In this document: piece by piece, positions 51,132-61,344 of the stretch
Layout of the letters: each line of letters starts with the position of its first letter
Numbering within the stretch: position 1 is the stretch's first letter
NCBI GenBank assembly: GCA_043803945.1
Contig: JAZDJN010000111.1
Span: forward strand, 1-64,000
Reading direction: 5' to 3'
Source: a bacterium
Lineage (GTDB): Bacteria > Bacteroidota > Ignavibacteria > UBA10030
Length of the DNA stretch: 64,000 bases
Translations under genes and position numbers: made by a program
Notes under the pieces: generated by a model
Seen by the model: only the letters and a program-made list of their open reading frames with translations
Told to the model about the DNA's origin: nothing
Database searches by the model: none

Positions 51132-52208
51132 ATGTCTGAACAAAATTCCAAAGAAGCCCGTCTCCAAGCGTTAAAAATTGCCATAGACCAGATCGAGAAA
51201 CAGCATGGTAAGGGAGCAATCATGAAAATGACGGAAGGGCCGGTTGCAAAAGTTGATTCGATTTCAACCGGATCAATTTCTCTTGACGCCGCGCTCGGTA
51301 TTGGCGGTATCCCACGAGGCCGTGTGGTCGAAATTTTCGGTCCGGAATCCTCCGGAAAGACCACCATCTGCCTTCATCTCATTGCAGAAGCGCAAAAGCA
51401 GGGTGGCGTTGCGGCATTTATCGACACTGAACATGCCCTGGATATCGCCTATGCAAAAAAACTCGGTGTCGAAACAAACAATCTCCTCCTTTCACAACCA
51501 GAATATGGCGAGCAGGCCTTGGAGATTGTTGAGACGCTTGTCCGGAGCGGTGCATTAGACATTGTCGTCATTGATTCTGTCGCTGCATTAACGCCGCGGG
51601 CTGAGATAGAGGGCGAGATGGGTGATCCCACGATGGGCGTTCAGGCTCGATTGATGTCGCAGGCTCTGCGAAAATTAACAGCGGCGATCAGCAAATCAAA
51701 AACCACGGTGATGTTCACGAACCAACTCCGCCAGAAGATCGGTGTTATGTTCGGGAATCCCGAAACGACAACCGGAGGAAATGCGTTGAAGTTTTATGCC
51801 TCAGTGCGGCTTGATGTAAGAAGAATTGAAGCGATCAAAGATGGGCAAAACGTCATCGGTAATCGGACGCGGGTAAAGGTTGTGAAAAACAAGGTGGCTC
51901 CTCCCTTCCGTGAAGCGATCTTCGATATTCTTTACAATGAGGGCATTTCGAAGTTAGGCGATTTAATTGATACTGCCGTCGATCAGAATATCATCGCCAA
52001 GAGCGGTTCATGGTTCTCCTACAAGGAAGACCGGATCGGACAAGGGCGCGAAGCAGTGAAAATATTCCTTCAGAATAATCCAAAATTTATTGCTGAAATC
52101 GATCTGGAACTTCGCCGGAAGTTAGGGCTTCTCCCTGCTGAAGCAGCTCCGCCAACACAAACGAAACCTGAGGCTCCTGCACCTTCGAAAAAGGGGCAGA
52201 AGTCATAA
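51132..52208 (+). CDS. recA: Recombinase A
   Basis: [35 protein letters not shown]. Confidence 0.99.
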   Translation: MSEQNSKEARLQALKIAIDQIEKQHGKGAIMKMTEGPVAKVDSISTGSISLDAALGIGGIPRGRVVEIFGPESSGKTTICLHLIAEAQKQGGVAAFIDTEHALDIAYAKKLGVETNNLLLSQPEYGEQALEIVETLVRSGALDIVVIDSVAALTPRAEIEGEMGDPTMGVQARLMSQALRKLTAAISKSKTTVMFTNQLRQKIGVMFGNPETTTGGNALKFYASVRLDVRRIEAIKDGQNVIGNRTRVKVVKNKVAPPFREAIFDILYNEGISKLGDLIDTAVDQNIIAKSGSWFSYKEDRIGQGREAVKIFLQNNPKFIAEIDLELRRKLGLLPAEAAPPTQTKPEAPAPSKKGQKS

Positions 52209-52220
52209 GCGAGAAGAGAC

Positions 52221-52856
52221 GTGCTCATCACGAAAATACTCCGGAGCAGGAAAGATACAAAAAGCTATGCGCTCTATATCGATGAGGCATATGCATTCGA
52301 TGTGTCCGAGGAAGTGTTTGCGAAGTTTGCCCTTGCGGTCGGAAAAAGAATCGATGATAAAACCGTTGAGCTCATCTCTTCTGCCGAAGCGCAGTATCGG
52401 GCACGCGGCATAGCGCTGAACTTCATTTCGTACAGACCTCGGAGCTCCAGAGAGGTTATTCACAAACTGTTGAGCAAAGGATTCTCTTCGAATCTTGCCA
52501 AACAAATCGTACAGAAACTCCAGATGATTAATCTGATCGATGACAGAGAGTTCGCGAGGATGTACCTTCGAGATAAGATGCTCCTCCGGCCAATGGGCCG
52601 GGCGTTAGTACGGCATCGATTGCTGGAGAAAGGAGTCCCTCCCAACATCGTCGAACGTGTCCTGCGGGAGCAGTTTTCCGATAAAGATGAGTACGATGCC
52701 GCACTGGCGCTTGCCGCAAAAAAAATCAAAGTCTCTGGCGAACGTTTTTCAAAGCTTGAGACTGAACGGAGAAGAAAAAAGATTTTCGATTACCTCATGA
52801 ACCGCGGCTTCTCAAGCGAAATCGCATCAAAAACACTCAGGAGTCTGTTCCCATAA
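52221..52856 (+). CDS. recX: Regulatory protein RecX
   Basis: ALNFISYRPRS..EV, IDDREFA, YLMNRGF; follows recA. Confidence 0.9.
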   Translation: MLITKILRSRKDTKSYALYIDEAYAFDVSEEVFAKFALAVGKRIDDKTVELISSAEAQYRARGIALNFISYRPRSSREVIHKLLSKGFSSNLAKQIVQKLQMINLIDDREFARMYLRDKMLLRPMGRALVRHRLLEKGVPPNIVERVLREQFSDKDEYDAALALAAKKIKVSGERFSKLETERRRKKIFDYLMNRGFSSEIASKTLRSLFP

Positions 52857-53012
52857 ATCGACTGAGAAAGCATTCAAGAAGATAAAACAGTTATCTTTGG
52901 CTCATGAAGCATGGCCGCTGGCAGGCAACGGCGGTCGGGGAAAGTTCGGCTGTTCATTTTTTTTACATCACAAGGATAGAAATCATCCTTGTTGCGTAAC
53001 GCGAGCGAGTCT

Positions 53013-54056
53013 ATGGATCATCAGTCAACACAGCGACCTTTTCTGAAAGTAGCGATCCTTGTTCTGCTGTTGTCGTTAGCAGTATGGCTAGCTTCGTACT
53101 TCCCTGAATTGGTCTTCATTCTGATCACCTCGACCGTACTCTCCTTTGTTTTAAAACCGTTTGTCAAACTATTCGAATTCCGTTTCGGCTTGCGACGAGG
53201 GATATCCGTCCTTGCCGTGTTTGTCATCATCGGATCAGGAGTTTTCTTACTCTGGTTTCAATTCTTTCCTCTGCTTGTCAATCGATTCAATGATATTTAT
53301 CTGCAGTTCAAATCGTACCCGTTTGAAGCAAAACTTGCGGAAGCTGCCCAGAATCTGGTTTCTGGCTTTCCTTTGATCAATCCGAATGATGTCGCGAGAC
53401 AAATTCATGACCTGATGCAATCGGCGGCCAATCAATTTGGCTCCATCATTGAACGCTTCCTTTCGTTCGCAGCATCATTTGCCCTTATTCCGGTGGTCAC
53501 CTACTTTCTCCTCGCTGATGGTGACGAAACGCTCAAGTCATTCATTGAGCGTGTACCCAACAAATATTTTGAGATGACACTCAATGTATTGTACAAAATA
53601 CGAAAAGATCTTGTCAGCTATGTGCGTGGCTGGCTGCTCGAGGCAACGCTCGTCGGATTTATCAGTGTCTGCGGCTACTTCCTCATCGGCGTTCAATATG
53701 CATTACTCATCGGAATCGTCGCAGGATTCGCCAACCTGATTCCTTATCTGGGCCCTGTCGTCGGAGCGATCCCGGCCGTTCTCGTCTCCATCACACAGTA
53801 TGGCGATGCACGAATGGTCGTACCAATCATTATTGTGGCAATCAGTGTTCAGCTCATCGATGAGGTCCTTATTCAACCATTATGTTTTTCAAAAGCTATT
53901 GATGTTCACCCCCTCACCGTCATTATCGTTCTGCTCATTGGGAATGAACTCCTCGGGATCGTGGGAATGGTTCTTGCCATTCCGCTCTTTACCGTTTTCA
54001 AGGTAACGGCAAAAGAAACATACTGGGGATTAAAGAATTACCGTATCACAAACTAG
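53013..54056 (+). CDS. AI-2E family transporter
   Basis: Multi-pass membrane protein; NLIPYLGP, VHPL, GIVGMVLAIP. Confidence 0.88.
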   Translation: MDHQSTQRPFLKVAILVLLLSLAVWLASYFPELVFILITSTVLSFVLKPFVKLFEFRFGLRRGISVLAVFVIIGSGVFLLWFQFFPLLVNRFNDIYLQFKSYPFEAKLAEAAQNLVSGFPLINPNDVARQIHDLMQSAANQFGSIIERFLSFAASFALIPVVTYFLLADGDETLKSFIERVPNKYFEMTLNVLYKIRKDLVSYVRGWLLEATLVGFISVCGYFLIGVQYALLIGIVAGFANLIPYLGPVVGAIPAVLVSITQYGDARMVVPIIIVAISVQLIDEVLIQPLCFSKAIDVHPLTVIIVLLIGNELLGIVGMVLAIPLFTVFKVTAKETYWGLKNYRITN

Positions 54057-54065
54057 GGAGGCACC

Positions 54066-54734
54066 ATGTCGCGCGTCGTTATCGACATCGAGACGCTCGG
54101 ATATCCATTCGAGAGCTTCGATGCCGAGCAGCAGAAATATCTCTTAAAATTCTCTCAGACAGAAGAGGAACGGACTGAGACAATCCAGAAGCTCAGCCTC
54201 TATCCTACCACAGCCCAGATCATTGCCATCGGTCTTTATAATCCTGACACAGCACGCGGAAAAGTCCTTTTTCAAGCGGACACTCCAACAGATCATCAGT
54301 CTCCCGATGGTTCAGCACATTTCATTTCATGTGATGAGAAATCGATGCTGGAACGGTTCTGGGAAGATATCACTCACTTCGATCAATTCATCACCTTCAA
54401 CGGACGCGGATTCGATTCTCCGTTTCTCATGCTGCGTTCCGCAATCCTGCAAATCAAACCAACCCGCAATCTCATGCCGTACCGTTACGAGACTTTGATC
54501 CATATCGACCTGCTCGAGCAACTTACGTACTATGGTGCATTCAGAAAATTCAGCCTGGATTTCTATTGCAAATCGTTCGGGATCGAGAGTCCAAAATCTC
54601 ACGGGATTACCGGACTCGATATGGGTATGCTCTTTGATCAGAAACGGTTTCTCGAGATAGCGGAGTATTGCTTTGGTGATCTCATTGCGACGGCTGAACT
54701 CTTCAGAAGATGGGAGCAGTTCTTGAAGGTCTAG
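54066..54734 (+). CDS. PolB-like 3'-5' exonuclease (RNase H fold)
   Basis: DIET (ExoI), FNGRGFD (ExoII), HIDL, YC..D (ExoIII). Confidence 0.85.
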   Translation: MSRVVIDIETLGYPFESFDAEQQKYLLKFSQTEEERTETIQKLSLYPTTAQIIAIGLYNPDTARGKVLFQADTPTDHQSPDGSAHFISCDEKSMLERFWEDITHFDQFITFNGRGFDSPFLMLRSAILQIKPTRNLMPYRYETLIHIDLLEQLTYYGAFRKFSLDFYCKSFGIESPKSHGITGLDMGMLFDQKRFLEIAEYCFGDLIATAELFRRWEQFLKV

Positions 54735-54757
54735 TGGTATAGTCGAGAAGTGACTTT

Positions 54758-54887
54758 ACCACTGAGTCACTCCTACCCACCGATTTAGAAATTTCTGGGG
54801 CATGTGGAGAGAACACAGAGTAGCTTTATTGTGATTGACTAGAGAACAACCATCCATAAATCTCTGTGACCTCTGTGTCTCTGTGGC
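54758..54887. repeat. REP/MITE-like inverted repeat
   Basis: CCACTGAGTCAC...GAGAGAACACAGAG / CTCTGTGACCTCTGTGTCTCTGTGGC between convergent genes. Confidence 0.7.
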
Positions 54888-54917
54888 AATCTTTATGGCT
54901 GGCTCTCCAACGCTGGT

Positions 54918-56333
54918 TCAAAATGCATGGCCAAAATTCAGATAGAAGCCTGTTGTCTCGTTGCTGAATCCGAGATCCATTCTGACCAAAAATGTCTCCA
55001 TGGTAAAACGCAAACCGACAAGTGTATTGGCCGGCCATTGCCGGAGATTGACTTGATCGGCTGACTGCCAGACATTACCAGCATCAAGGCCCACCACTCC
55101 GCCAAAGCGCCAGTAGATCGGAAACCGGAGCTCGCCATTCAAAACGATTCCTACCTTATCGAGGAATCTATCCTGTGGATATCCACGGAGGGTCTTTCCT
55201 CCTCCCACAGAGACAAGAGAATGGATGGGAATATTCTCTCCGCTCACCCGCTGTGCAATGACTCTCCCGGCAAATACTATCTTGGGATAGCCGAGGACGT
55301 GGAATGTTTGGAACGTTATGGAGGTGTTCACTAGAGAATAGTCACTTCCCATCTGGCGGCTCCCCATTTCAATATCGCCTTGGAGAACCTGGCCATGAGA
55401 CGGATTAATGTAACTGTCCCGTGAGTCGTAGCGTGCCGATAGCATCAACGTAAATCCACTGCTTCGGTCTTTATTGATTGCAGGAAGTGTGCGGGCAAAG
55501 AGGCTGTTCGATTCAAAATTGAAGCTTCTAACAGTGCGGTATTTAATACCAGCCTGGCCCACGAACTGCTGCGAAAACCCACGGCCCATCATTGCCACAA
55601 TATCGAGCGGTTCCTTTGTATACGTCTCACGGTCATCGTCTGATGAAGCATTTCCGAGTCCATAGAAATTATTATTCAGGTACTTGTCATAATCTACGAT
55701 GAGATCGAAGGAGAGCGGATAGAGTGTCCCCTGACGCAGTTCAAAGTCGGGGAGAGAGAAGACGAAACGGTACCAGCGCTCCCCTTTCGTACTATTGAAT
55801 GCAAGAACATCGAATGACTCTGACCACTGAAACTGGTTCAGCAGAAATCCTTTAACACCATAACCGAATCCCACATCCGTATCGTACATCAGAATCGGCA
55901 GCCATTCAATCTTATCCTCCGCCGGTACCGCTGTTCGATACTTCTGGGCCTCTATCATTCTAGCGCAATTGATAGCCACAGCAAGACCAAAATGGTCCGA
56001 GGCAAACAGTCCATCGGAAGCATTGCCAAATATTCCGAAATCATTGGAGAGATCCCAGACATCGGCAATATGCGCTGTTAGAGCAGCAACTGGATTCACC
56101 TCTTGCACCGCAATGATATCAGGCTGACGTTGCTTCAATCCCTCTAGCAGAATCTGTTTCCTCTTTTCACGTACATCTGCAGTCTCGTACTCTCCCATAC
56201 TAAAGCTACCGCGGTAATTGAGGCCAGTCCAGAGGTTGATGGTAGAGAGTTTTAAGGATTGGGATAATCCGATTGAGGTGAAGATTACGGTACCAATCGC
56301 GAAGAGATAAAGAAGCAACTTGGAATTTTTCAT
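54918..56333 (-). CDS. Omp85/BamA-TamA-like outer-membrane barrel fused to a collapsed EEP phosphoesterase domain
   Basis: Signal peptide; TINL, QEV and SDH EEP motifs abnormally close together; barrel motifs YDSRD...NP..G, LRGY...RF, terminal GHAF. Confidence 0.75.
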   Translation of the reverse strand: MKNSKLLLYLFAIGTVIFTSIGLSQSLKLSTINLWTGLNYRGSFSMGEYETADVREKRKQILLEGLKQRQPDIIAVQEVNPVAALTAHIADVWDLSNDFGIFGNASDGLFASDHFGLAVAINCARMIEAQKYRTAVPAEDKIEWLPILMYDTDVGFGYGVKGFLLNQFQWSESFDVLAFNSTKGERWYRFVFSLPDFELRQGTLYPLSFDLIVDYDKYLNNNFYGLGNASSDDDRETYTKEPLDIVAMMGRGFSQQFVGQAGIKYRTVRSFNFESNSLFARTLPAINKDRSSGFTLMLSARYDSRDSYINPSHGQVLQGDIEMGSRQMGSDYSLVNTSITFQTFHVLGYPKIVFAGRVIAQRVSGENIPIHSLVSVGGGKTLRGYPQDRFLDKVGIVLNGELRFPIYWRFGGVVGLDAGNVWQSADQVNLRQWPANTLVGLRFTMETFLVRMDLGFSNETTGFYLNFGHAF

Positions 56334-56395
56334 GGCAGCAAATCTCTATTTGGTAAAAGCATAATACTAGAAATAATGGAAATATTCATCTGCAC

Positions 56396-56438
56396 TTGAT
56401 AGCCTGTTGCCCTATGCAGGCAACAGGTTATCAAAAAA
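56396..56438 (-). terminator. Hairpin downstream of the nucleotidase gene
   Basis: TTGATAGCCTGTTGCC-ctatgca-GGCAACAGGTTATCAA. The T-run lies upstream of the stem on the minus strand, so terminator function is uncertain. Confidence 0.45.
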
Positions 56439-56448
56439 CCTATCCTCC

Positions 56449-58331
56449 TTATTTTGCTAATACCATTTTTCTTAAGAATGTTTTGCCTGCGGCATTTAAC
56501 CGATAGAAGTAAACTCCACTAGATAGCTTCTGAGCATTAAACTCTATTTGATGTCGGCCAACTGTCATTTCAGACTCGACCAATGTTGCCACTTCCTGTC
56601 CAATAATGGAATACACTTTAAGAGAAACTTGGCTTGCCCGAGGCAGCTCAAATTGTATCGTCGTTGTCGGATTAAAAGGATTAGGATAATTCTGTGATAA
56701 TGAAAAACTCATTGGAACACTCTCCATCCCATCATCCCGTGTGACCATTGTAGTTGTGGTCGCCTGAATTCTACCTTCTGTATGCGGCGTAAGCTCCCCA
56801 AGACCTGCAACGTATTCACTGAGCACTTGAAATTCAGTCAGGGCAGACTGAACTTTGACATCGGAACAAGGGATTCCGAGGAAGCTGAGGAACAGCGGAA
56901 CAAATTCATTTGCTGCCACGGTATATTCTTTCATTGGATCAAGAGTATTTCCACCGATCTTCACATTGACCAGTCGTGAGTAAGGAGCAGCCTTCGGGTC
57001 ATAGGTATAGCTCATCCCGGAGACTTGAGCAAGGAATTCATCATTTTCTTCTATCGAGGATAGGCCAAACTCAATTCCCGCCAATAAATCTGCCCCTTTG
57101 ATTTTGAATGTTGCCATACGGTACCCCAGACCATTTTCCTCATTGAATCCATATCCAACGACTCGGAACAGATCGGCAGCCACGATTGGCCCTTTATATA
57201 ACGGTTGCGCTGTGGATCCTCCGACCTCGAATGAGATGTCCGTCTTAAATTTTTCCCTATAGGCATCTGTTACCAGGTTACCGATGGGTGTATCTTTTTT
57301 TCCGAACGCTACAAGATCCTGAGCAACTTCTTCAAGATAATCTTTTGCTACTGCGATCTGCTGTGTAAACAGAGGTCCGTACGTTTGTTCAATTGACTGG
57401 ATGAGTGTTTTCACTACACCTTCGACGGTTGGTTCGATCGGAATTGTCTCGTCAACTGTCACTAACTCATAGTCGAGTACTCTCACAGAGGTTGGAGTGA
57501 CTGCTAATCGGAGTTTACCAATATTCTGATAGAATGCGTTTGCTTGAACTATCAATGTCGATTCTCCACTCGGATTGGTTACTCTCACAGGCTGCTTTAC
57601 AAGATAATGATCATGTCCGCCTACGATAACGTCTATCCCCGGTATATAGCTTGCAAGGAGCTGATCCAGTGTCAGACCAAGATGCGAGAGACAGATAATT
57701 ACCGAACAACCTTGTGCCTTCAATTCAGCAACCATCATCGCAGCGGTTTCGAGGACTGTCGTATCGATCCAGGCTGGTGAGGGCTGCGAGAGGCTGTTTG
57801 TGGACGGGGTCGTCAATCCGAACATGCCTACTTTTATTCTTCCGCACTCCTTGACATAGTCAGGCCAGATGTATCGTTTTAACCATTCACGCTCGGGTCT
57901 TCAAGGTTAATGTTTGCGGAGAGCATTGGAAAAGCAGCATCCGTGAATGCACTGTCTAAAGCCATCTGAAGAATGGCGGGTGTTAAATCAAACTCATGAT
58001 TTCCGACCGCCATTGCATCGAGGCCGAGAGAGAGCAATAACTTTAGTTCGGCCACTCCGAAGAATGAATTGAAGAAGAGGTCGCCCACGAATGCATCGCC
58101 GGCATGAAGGAAGAGCACATTCGGTTCGGTCATCTTTGTATAGCCGACATAGGACGCTACTCGCGCAATTCCTCCCAAGCCCCCTTGCAGCGCTGCATTT
58201 CGCGGACCGATGGTGCCAAGCGTCGAGTGAGTGTCATTAATATGGAGAATAGTCAGTGTATCAACCTGAGCTCTTGAGATTGAGAAGATGAACAGGCTGA
58301 CCAGCAGGAACAACGATGTACGGGTTTTCAT
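56449..58331 (-). pseudogene. Secreted 5'-nucleotidase/metallophosphoesterase with T9SS C-terminal domain, split by a 1-nt frameshift
   Basis: First part (ATG 58331; HINDTH, AGD, GNHEFD) stops at TAA 57881-57879. Adding one T restores NGLKRYIWPDYVKECGRIKVGMFGLT and continues to SHLG, GGHDH and the SQNYPNPFNP CTD. Confidence 0.85.
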
Positions 58332-58438
58332 GAAAGCCTCCAATTGAGATAATTGATGATAGGTGATTGAGTGAGCGATTGTCCACAGAAGTTGCTGAGT
58401 GGATTGGAGCGTGGGCACAGATTCAAGCGGCGAAGTTC

Positions 58439-59131
58439 TTACCCATCTACGATCATACCATCCCGCAGGTGGATGATGCGATCGGCATAGTCGCACAGAC
58501 GAAGGTCGTGACTTGCAATGATAACACACCTCCCCTGGTCTTTCGCACAGCGGGCGAGCAGTCGGATGATCACCATCCCCTGTGACGATTCAAGACATGC
58601 CGTGGGCTCATCGGCAAGCAGAAGTTCGGCATCATTTGCACAAGCACGTGCAATTGCCACGCGCTGCTTCTCCCCCTGGCTCATCCCAGATGGATATTTA
58701 TCCGACAAGTGTAAAAGTTCTAAGTGTGAAAGTACGTTAAGAGATTTGGCAGTTGTCTCGCTCTTTCCTCTGCCAGCGAACTGCAAGACGAGCCGGATAT
58801 TCTCCAAGGCCGTCAATGCATCGATCAATAAGAAATTTTGAAAAATGAATCCCAGGTGTCGTGCCCGTAGAGCTTGCAGATCATCCTGATTGTACTGGGA
58901 TATGGGGCGACCGAAGAGTTCTACACTCCCCTCCGTCGATTCTAATAAACCCGCCAGGACAGTGAGCAAGGTGGTCTTCCCGCTTCCGCTTGGGCCTAAG
59001 AGGAGGAGAAGTTCTCCCTGGACTGCTTCCAGGGAGATGTCTGAGAGTGCCTGAGTACGAGTTCCATTTGATCGGAAGCTTTTTGATACATTGTTCAATC
59101 TCACAATCGGTGACTGAGCGGAGTAATTCAT
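58439..59131 (-). CDS. ABC transporter ATP-binding protein (LolD/DevA-like)
   Basis: GPSGSGKT, MSQGEKQRVAIARA, LADEPT, SHD; ATG 59131 overlaps the permease stop. Confidence 0.92.
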   Translation of the reverse strand: MNYSAQSPIVRLNNVSKSFRSNGTRTQALSDISLEAVQGELLLLLGPSGSGKTTLLTVLAGLLESTEGSVELFGRPISQYNQDDLQALRARHLGFIFQNFLLIDALTALENIRLVLQFAGRGKSETTAKSLNVLSHLELLHLSDKYPSGMSQGEKQRVAIARACANDAELLLADEPTACLESSQGMVIIRLLARCAKDQGRCVIIASHDLRLCDYADRIIHLRDGMIVDG

Positions 59132-60246
59132 GAGAGATAGACCTCCATAGGATAGATTCGGCGCAATTGGCGATACGAAAGGAATGAGCTCACCAGGTTC
59201 ATCCCCAGAGCTGCGACCACTATGACGACAATTTGTTCGAGAGAAGTCTTCGTCGAAACCTCCGGGGAAACAACTTCCACGCAATGAATGAGGGGAAAAA
59301 AGAAGACGAGAGCTGTTATACAACTCGCGAGAGCAATTTCAAATCCTTGGGTGAGAATGAGTCTGGAAAGAAATGATCGAGGTGATCCAAGGATTTTCAT
59401 CACCGCAAAGTCTTTTCGTTTTTCGAGGATCGTAATGGTTAGAATGAGACTCAGAATGGTAGTCAGCACCACCGCTCCAATCAACGCAAGTGTATACAGG
59501 AGAGGAAGAAATCCCGATTGCATCTCACGGATGTTATTCTCCACGAACTCTCGTTGACAAAATACCTCCGTACCGGGAAGTTCGTTCTTAATACGTTCAC
59601 GTGTAGCAATGAGATCCGCATCGTTTTTTACGGTAACGAGAAAGCAGGAGGTCAGGCCTGAAAATCCAGCCAACGCGCGTGCCTTCGCAATACTCACAAA
59701 AGCATACTGGAGAACGAACATATTTGTCTGTTCGCTGATCCCCACAATCTTCAAAGTGTCGTTTCGGATCACCAGGGTGTTTCCCAGCACGAAACTATTT
59801 TTAAGAGCAAACGCGCGATCAAGAATAATTTCATCATCCTCTCTCAGCGAACGCCCTTCCTTAAGTTGCGGTGGGGCTCCTATCCCTGTCGCTAGATCAT
59901 ACCCGGCTACATACACGGTCGATGATTGTGTTCCCTTTGTGATCGTCGTTAACAAAAAGAGCAAAGGAGAGACCGACTCAATCCCGGAAATCGTGCGTAG
60001 AATATTTCCATGACCAGTTGAGAGAATTGAAAAACCTCGAAGAATATTTGTTGTCCCCTCCTGTAACACCCAGAGATCGGCCTTTGTCTGGCGTACATAC
60101 TCCACCGAACCATCGGCAACCCCATGGTAAATCGACATGAGGAAGAGCATCAGAATAATACAGAGAGCCATTCCCCCTACGGTCAATCCCATCCGAAGAG
60201 GTTGAGATCGCAGGATTCGATATGCAAACGAGAACATAGCATTCAC
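59128..60246 (-). CDS. FtsX/MacB-type ABC permease (DevC-like)
   Basis: N-terminal TM, ADLWV periplasmic domain, three C-terminal TMs, EKRKDFAVMKILG. Confidence 0.88.
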   Translation of the reverse strand: MNAMFSFAYRILRSQPLRMGLTVGGMALCIILMLFLMSIYHGVADGSVEYVRQTKADLWVLQEGTTNILRGFSILSTGHGNILRTISGIESVSPLLFLLTTITKGTQSSTVYVAGYDLATGIGAPPQLKEGRSLREDDEIILDRAFALKNSFVLGNTLVIRNDTLKIVGISEQTNMFVLQYAFVSIAKARALAGFSGLTSCFLVTVKNDADLIATRERIKNELPGTEVFCQREFVENNIREMQSGFLPLLYTLALIGAVVLTTILSLILTITILEKRKDFAVMKILGSPRSFLSRLILTQGFEIALASCITALVFFFPLIHCVEVVSPEVSTKTSLEQIVVIVVAALGMNLVSSFLSYRQLRRIYPMEVYLS

Positions 60247-60258
60247 CCTTCGTGGTGT

Positions 60259-61344
60259 TCAGGTAAACATCGGGACTTCAGGTAACAACTTGCCGCGAAT
60301 CCGATTAAAAATATCTTCCAGACTTGGACCTGTGATCGTTAAGCCATGATTTTTTAATCCGACGACCGTGCGTTGTGGTTCACCGGTGTTTCTCAGCAAC
60401 TCCACAACCTCCTCAGCAAGCTCCACGGTACCACATGGATAGTTCTGTCGCGTGCAAAGGATATTATCCATCCAGGCATGGACATGCACAATTGCGTGTA
60501 CGTCAGGATACGAGCGATAGATCAATTCATGTTCGACGGCATCCACTGACACTCTTGCCTTTGGATCATAGTCCGAGGGAACACTCACGAGGGCCGAACC
60601 GCTGGAGTAATCGAAGCCCTTCACGAGGAGAATATCTTTTCCCACGTGAGCGAGATTTGACTTATTCACACCTCGACCGCTCATCCAAAACGTCGAGCTT
60701 CCAAGCTCCGGCACCGTCTCGCGTGCACTGAGATTGCCATAGCTGAGCCCGGTGATTCCATAAATTTTATAGAGATGATGCAATTCCTGTTCTGTCAGTA
60801 CAGAGCGCAGCGGAAACGGTAATGGCAGCACACCAAGTGCATCCAACTCTTTTCCGAATGCCTGAATCTGCTGCACCACTTCCGTGGGCTGCCAGCATTG
60901 CTCGGGTAAATCCGTTGAAAATTGATTCCCTATTGCATAGTGCGATCCAACAATGGGCAGCATGGTGCGATAGATCTGCTCGGCATTCTGCGGGAGATGA
61001 TAGAATCCTGCCTCTGGAGTGGTAACATAGACCTCTCCTTTTGAGCCGTTATCCGGTGCGACATAGATCAACAAATTTGAGAGTGTCCGGATCAATGTGG
61101 TGTAACACAGCGAGCGCAAATTCTCATAGGAACGGTCAGCAGCAACGAGAGAGACAATAAATACCGACTGCGAATGCCGTCGTGCTGCGCGTGGATGCTC
61201 GAGAGTAGTCGCATTCAATTGAAATGCAACTCCCTCGGTTTGTTCACCGATTTGATGTCCGTGGTGTATAAACTCTTCGACAATACCATCGACAATTCTA
61301 TCGCGATGGGCATCGATTCCATCTTTATTGAAGGAAAATTTCAT
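60259..61344 (-). CDS. Class II aldolase/adducin-fold protein with an unknown N-terminal domain
   Basis: GNLSAR, H.LIY..YPDVHAIVHVH, LKNHG metal-binding motifs. Confidence 0.8.
   Translation of the reverse strand: MKFSFNKDGIDAHRDRIVDGIVEEFIHHGHQIGEQTEGVAFQLNATTLEHPRAARRHSQSVFIVSLVAADRSYENLRSLCYTTLIRTLSNLLIYVAPDNGSKGEVYVTTPEAGFYHLPQNAEQIYRTMLPIVGSHYAIGNQFSTDLPEQCWQPTEVVQQIQAFGKELDALGVLPLPFPLRSVLTEQELHHLYKIYGITGLSYGNLSARETVPELGSSTFWMSGRGVNKSNLAHVGKDILLVKGFDYSSGSALVSVPSDYDPKARVSVDAVEHELIYRSYPDVHAIVHVHAWMDNILCTRQNYPCGTVELAEEVVELLRNTGEPQRTVVGLKNHGLTITGPSLEDIFNRIRGKLLPEVPMFT

Noticed and set aside
52905-52966. GC hairpin and T-run between recX and the AI-2E gene
   Set aside because: The stem is separated from the T-tract by about 20 nt and is imperfect; too weak to call a terminator.
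57860-57900. Programmed -1 frameshift in the nucleotidase
   Set aside because: No in-frame X XXY YYZ slippery heptamer before the stop; a simple deletion or sequencing error is more likely.
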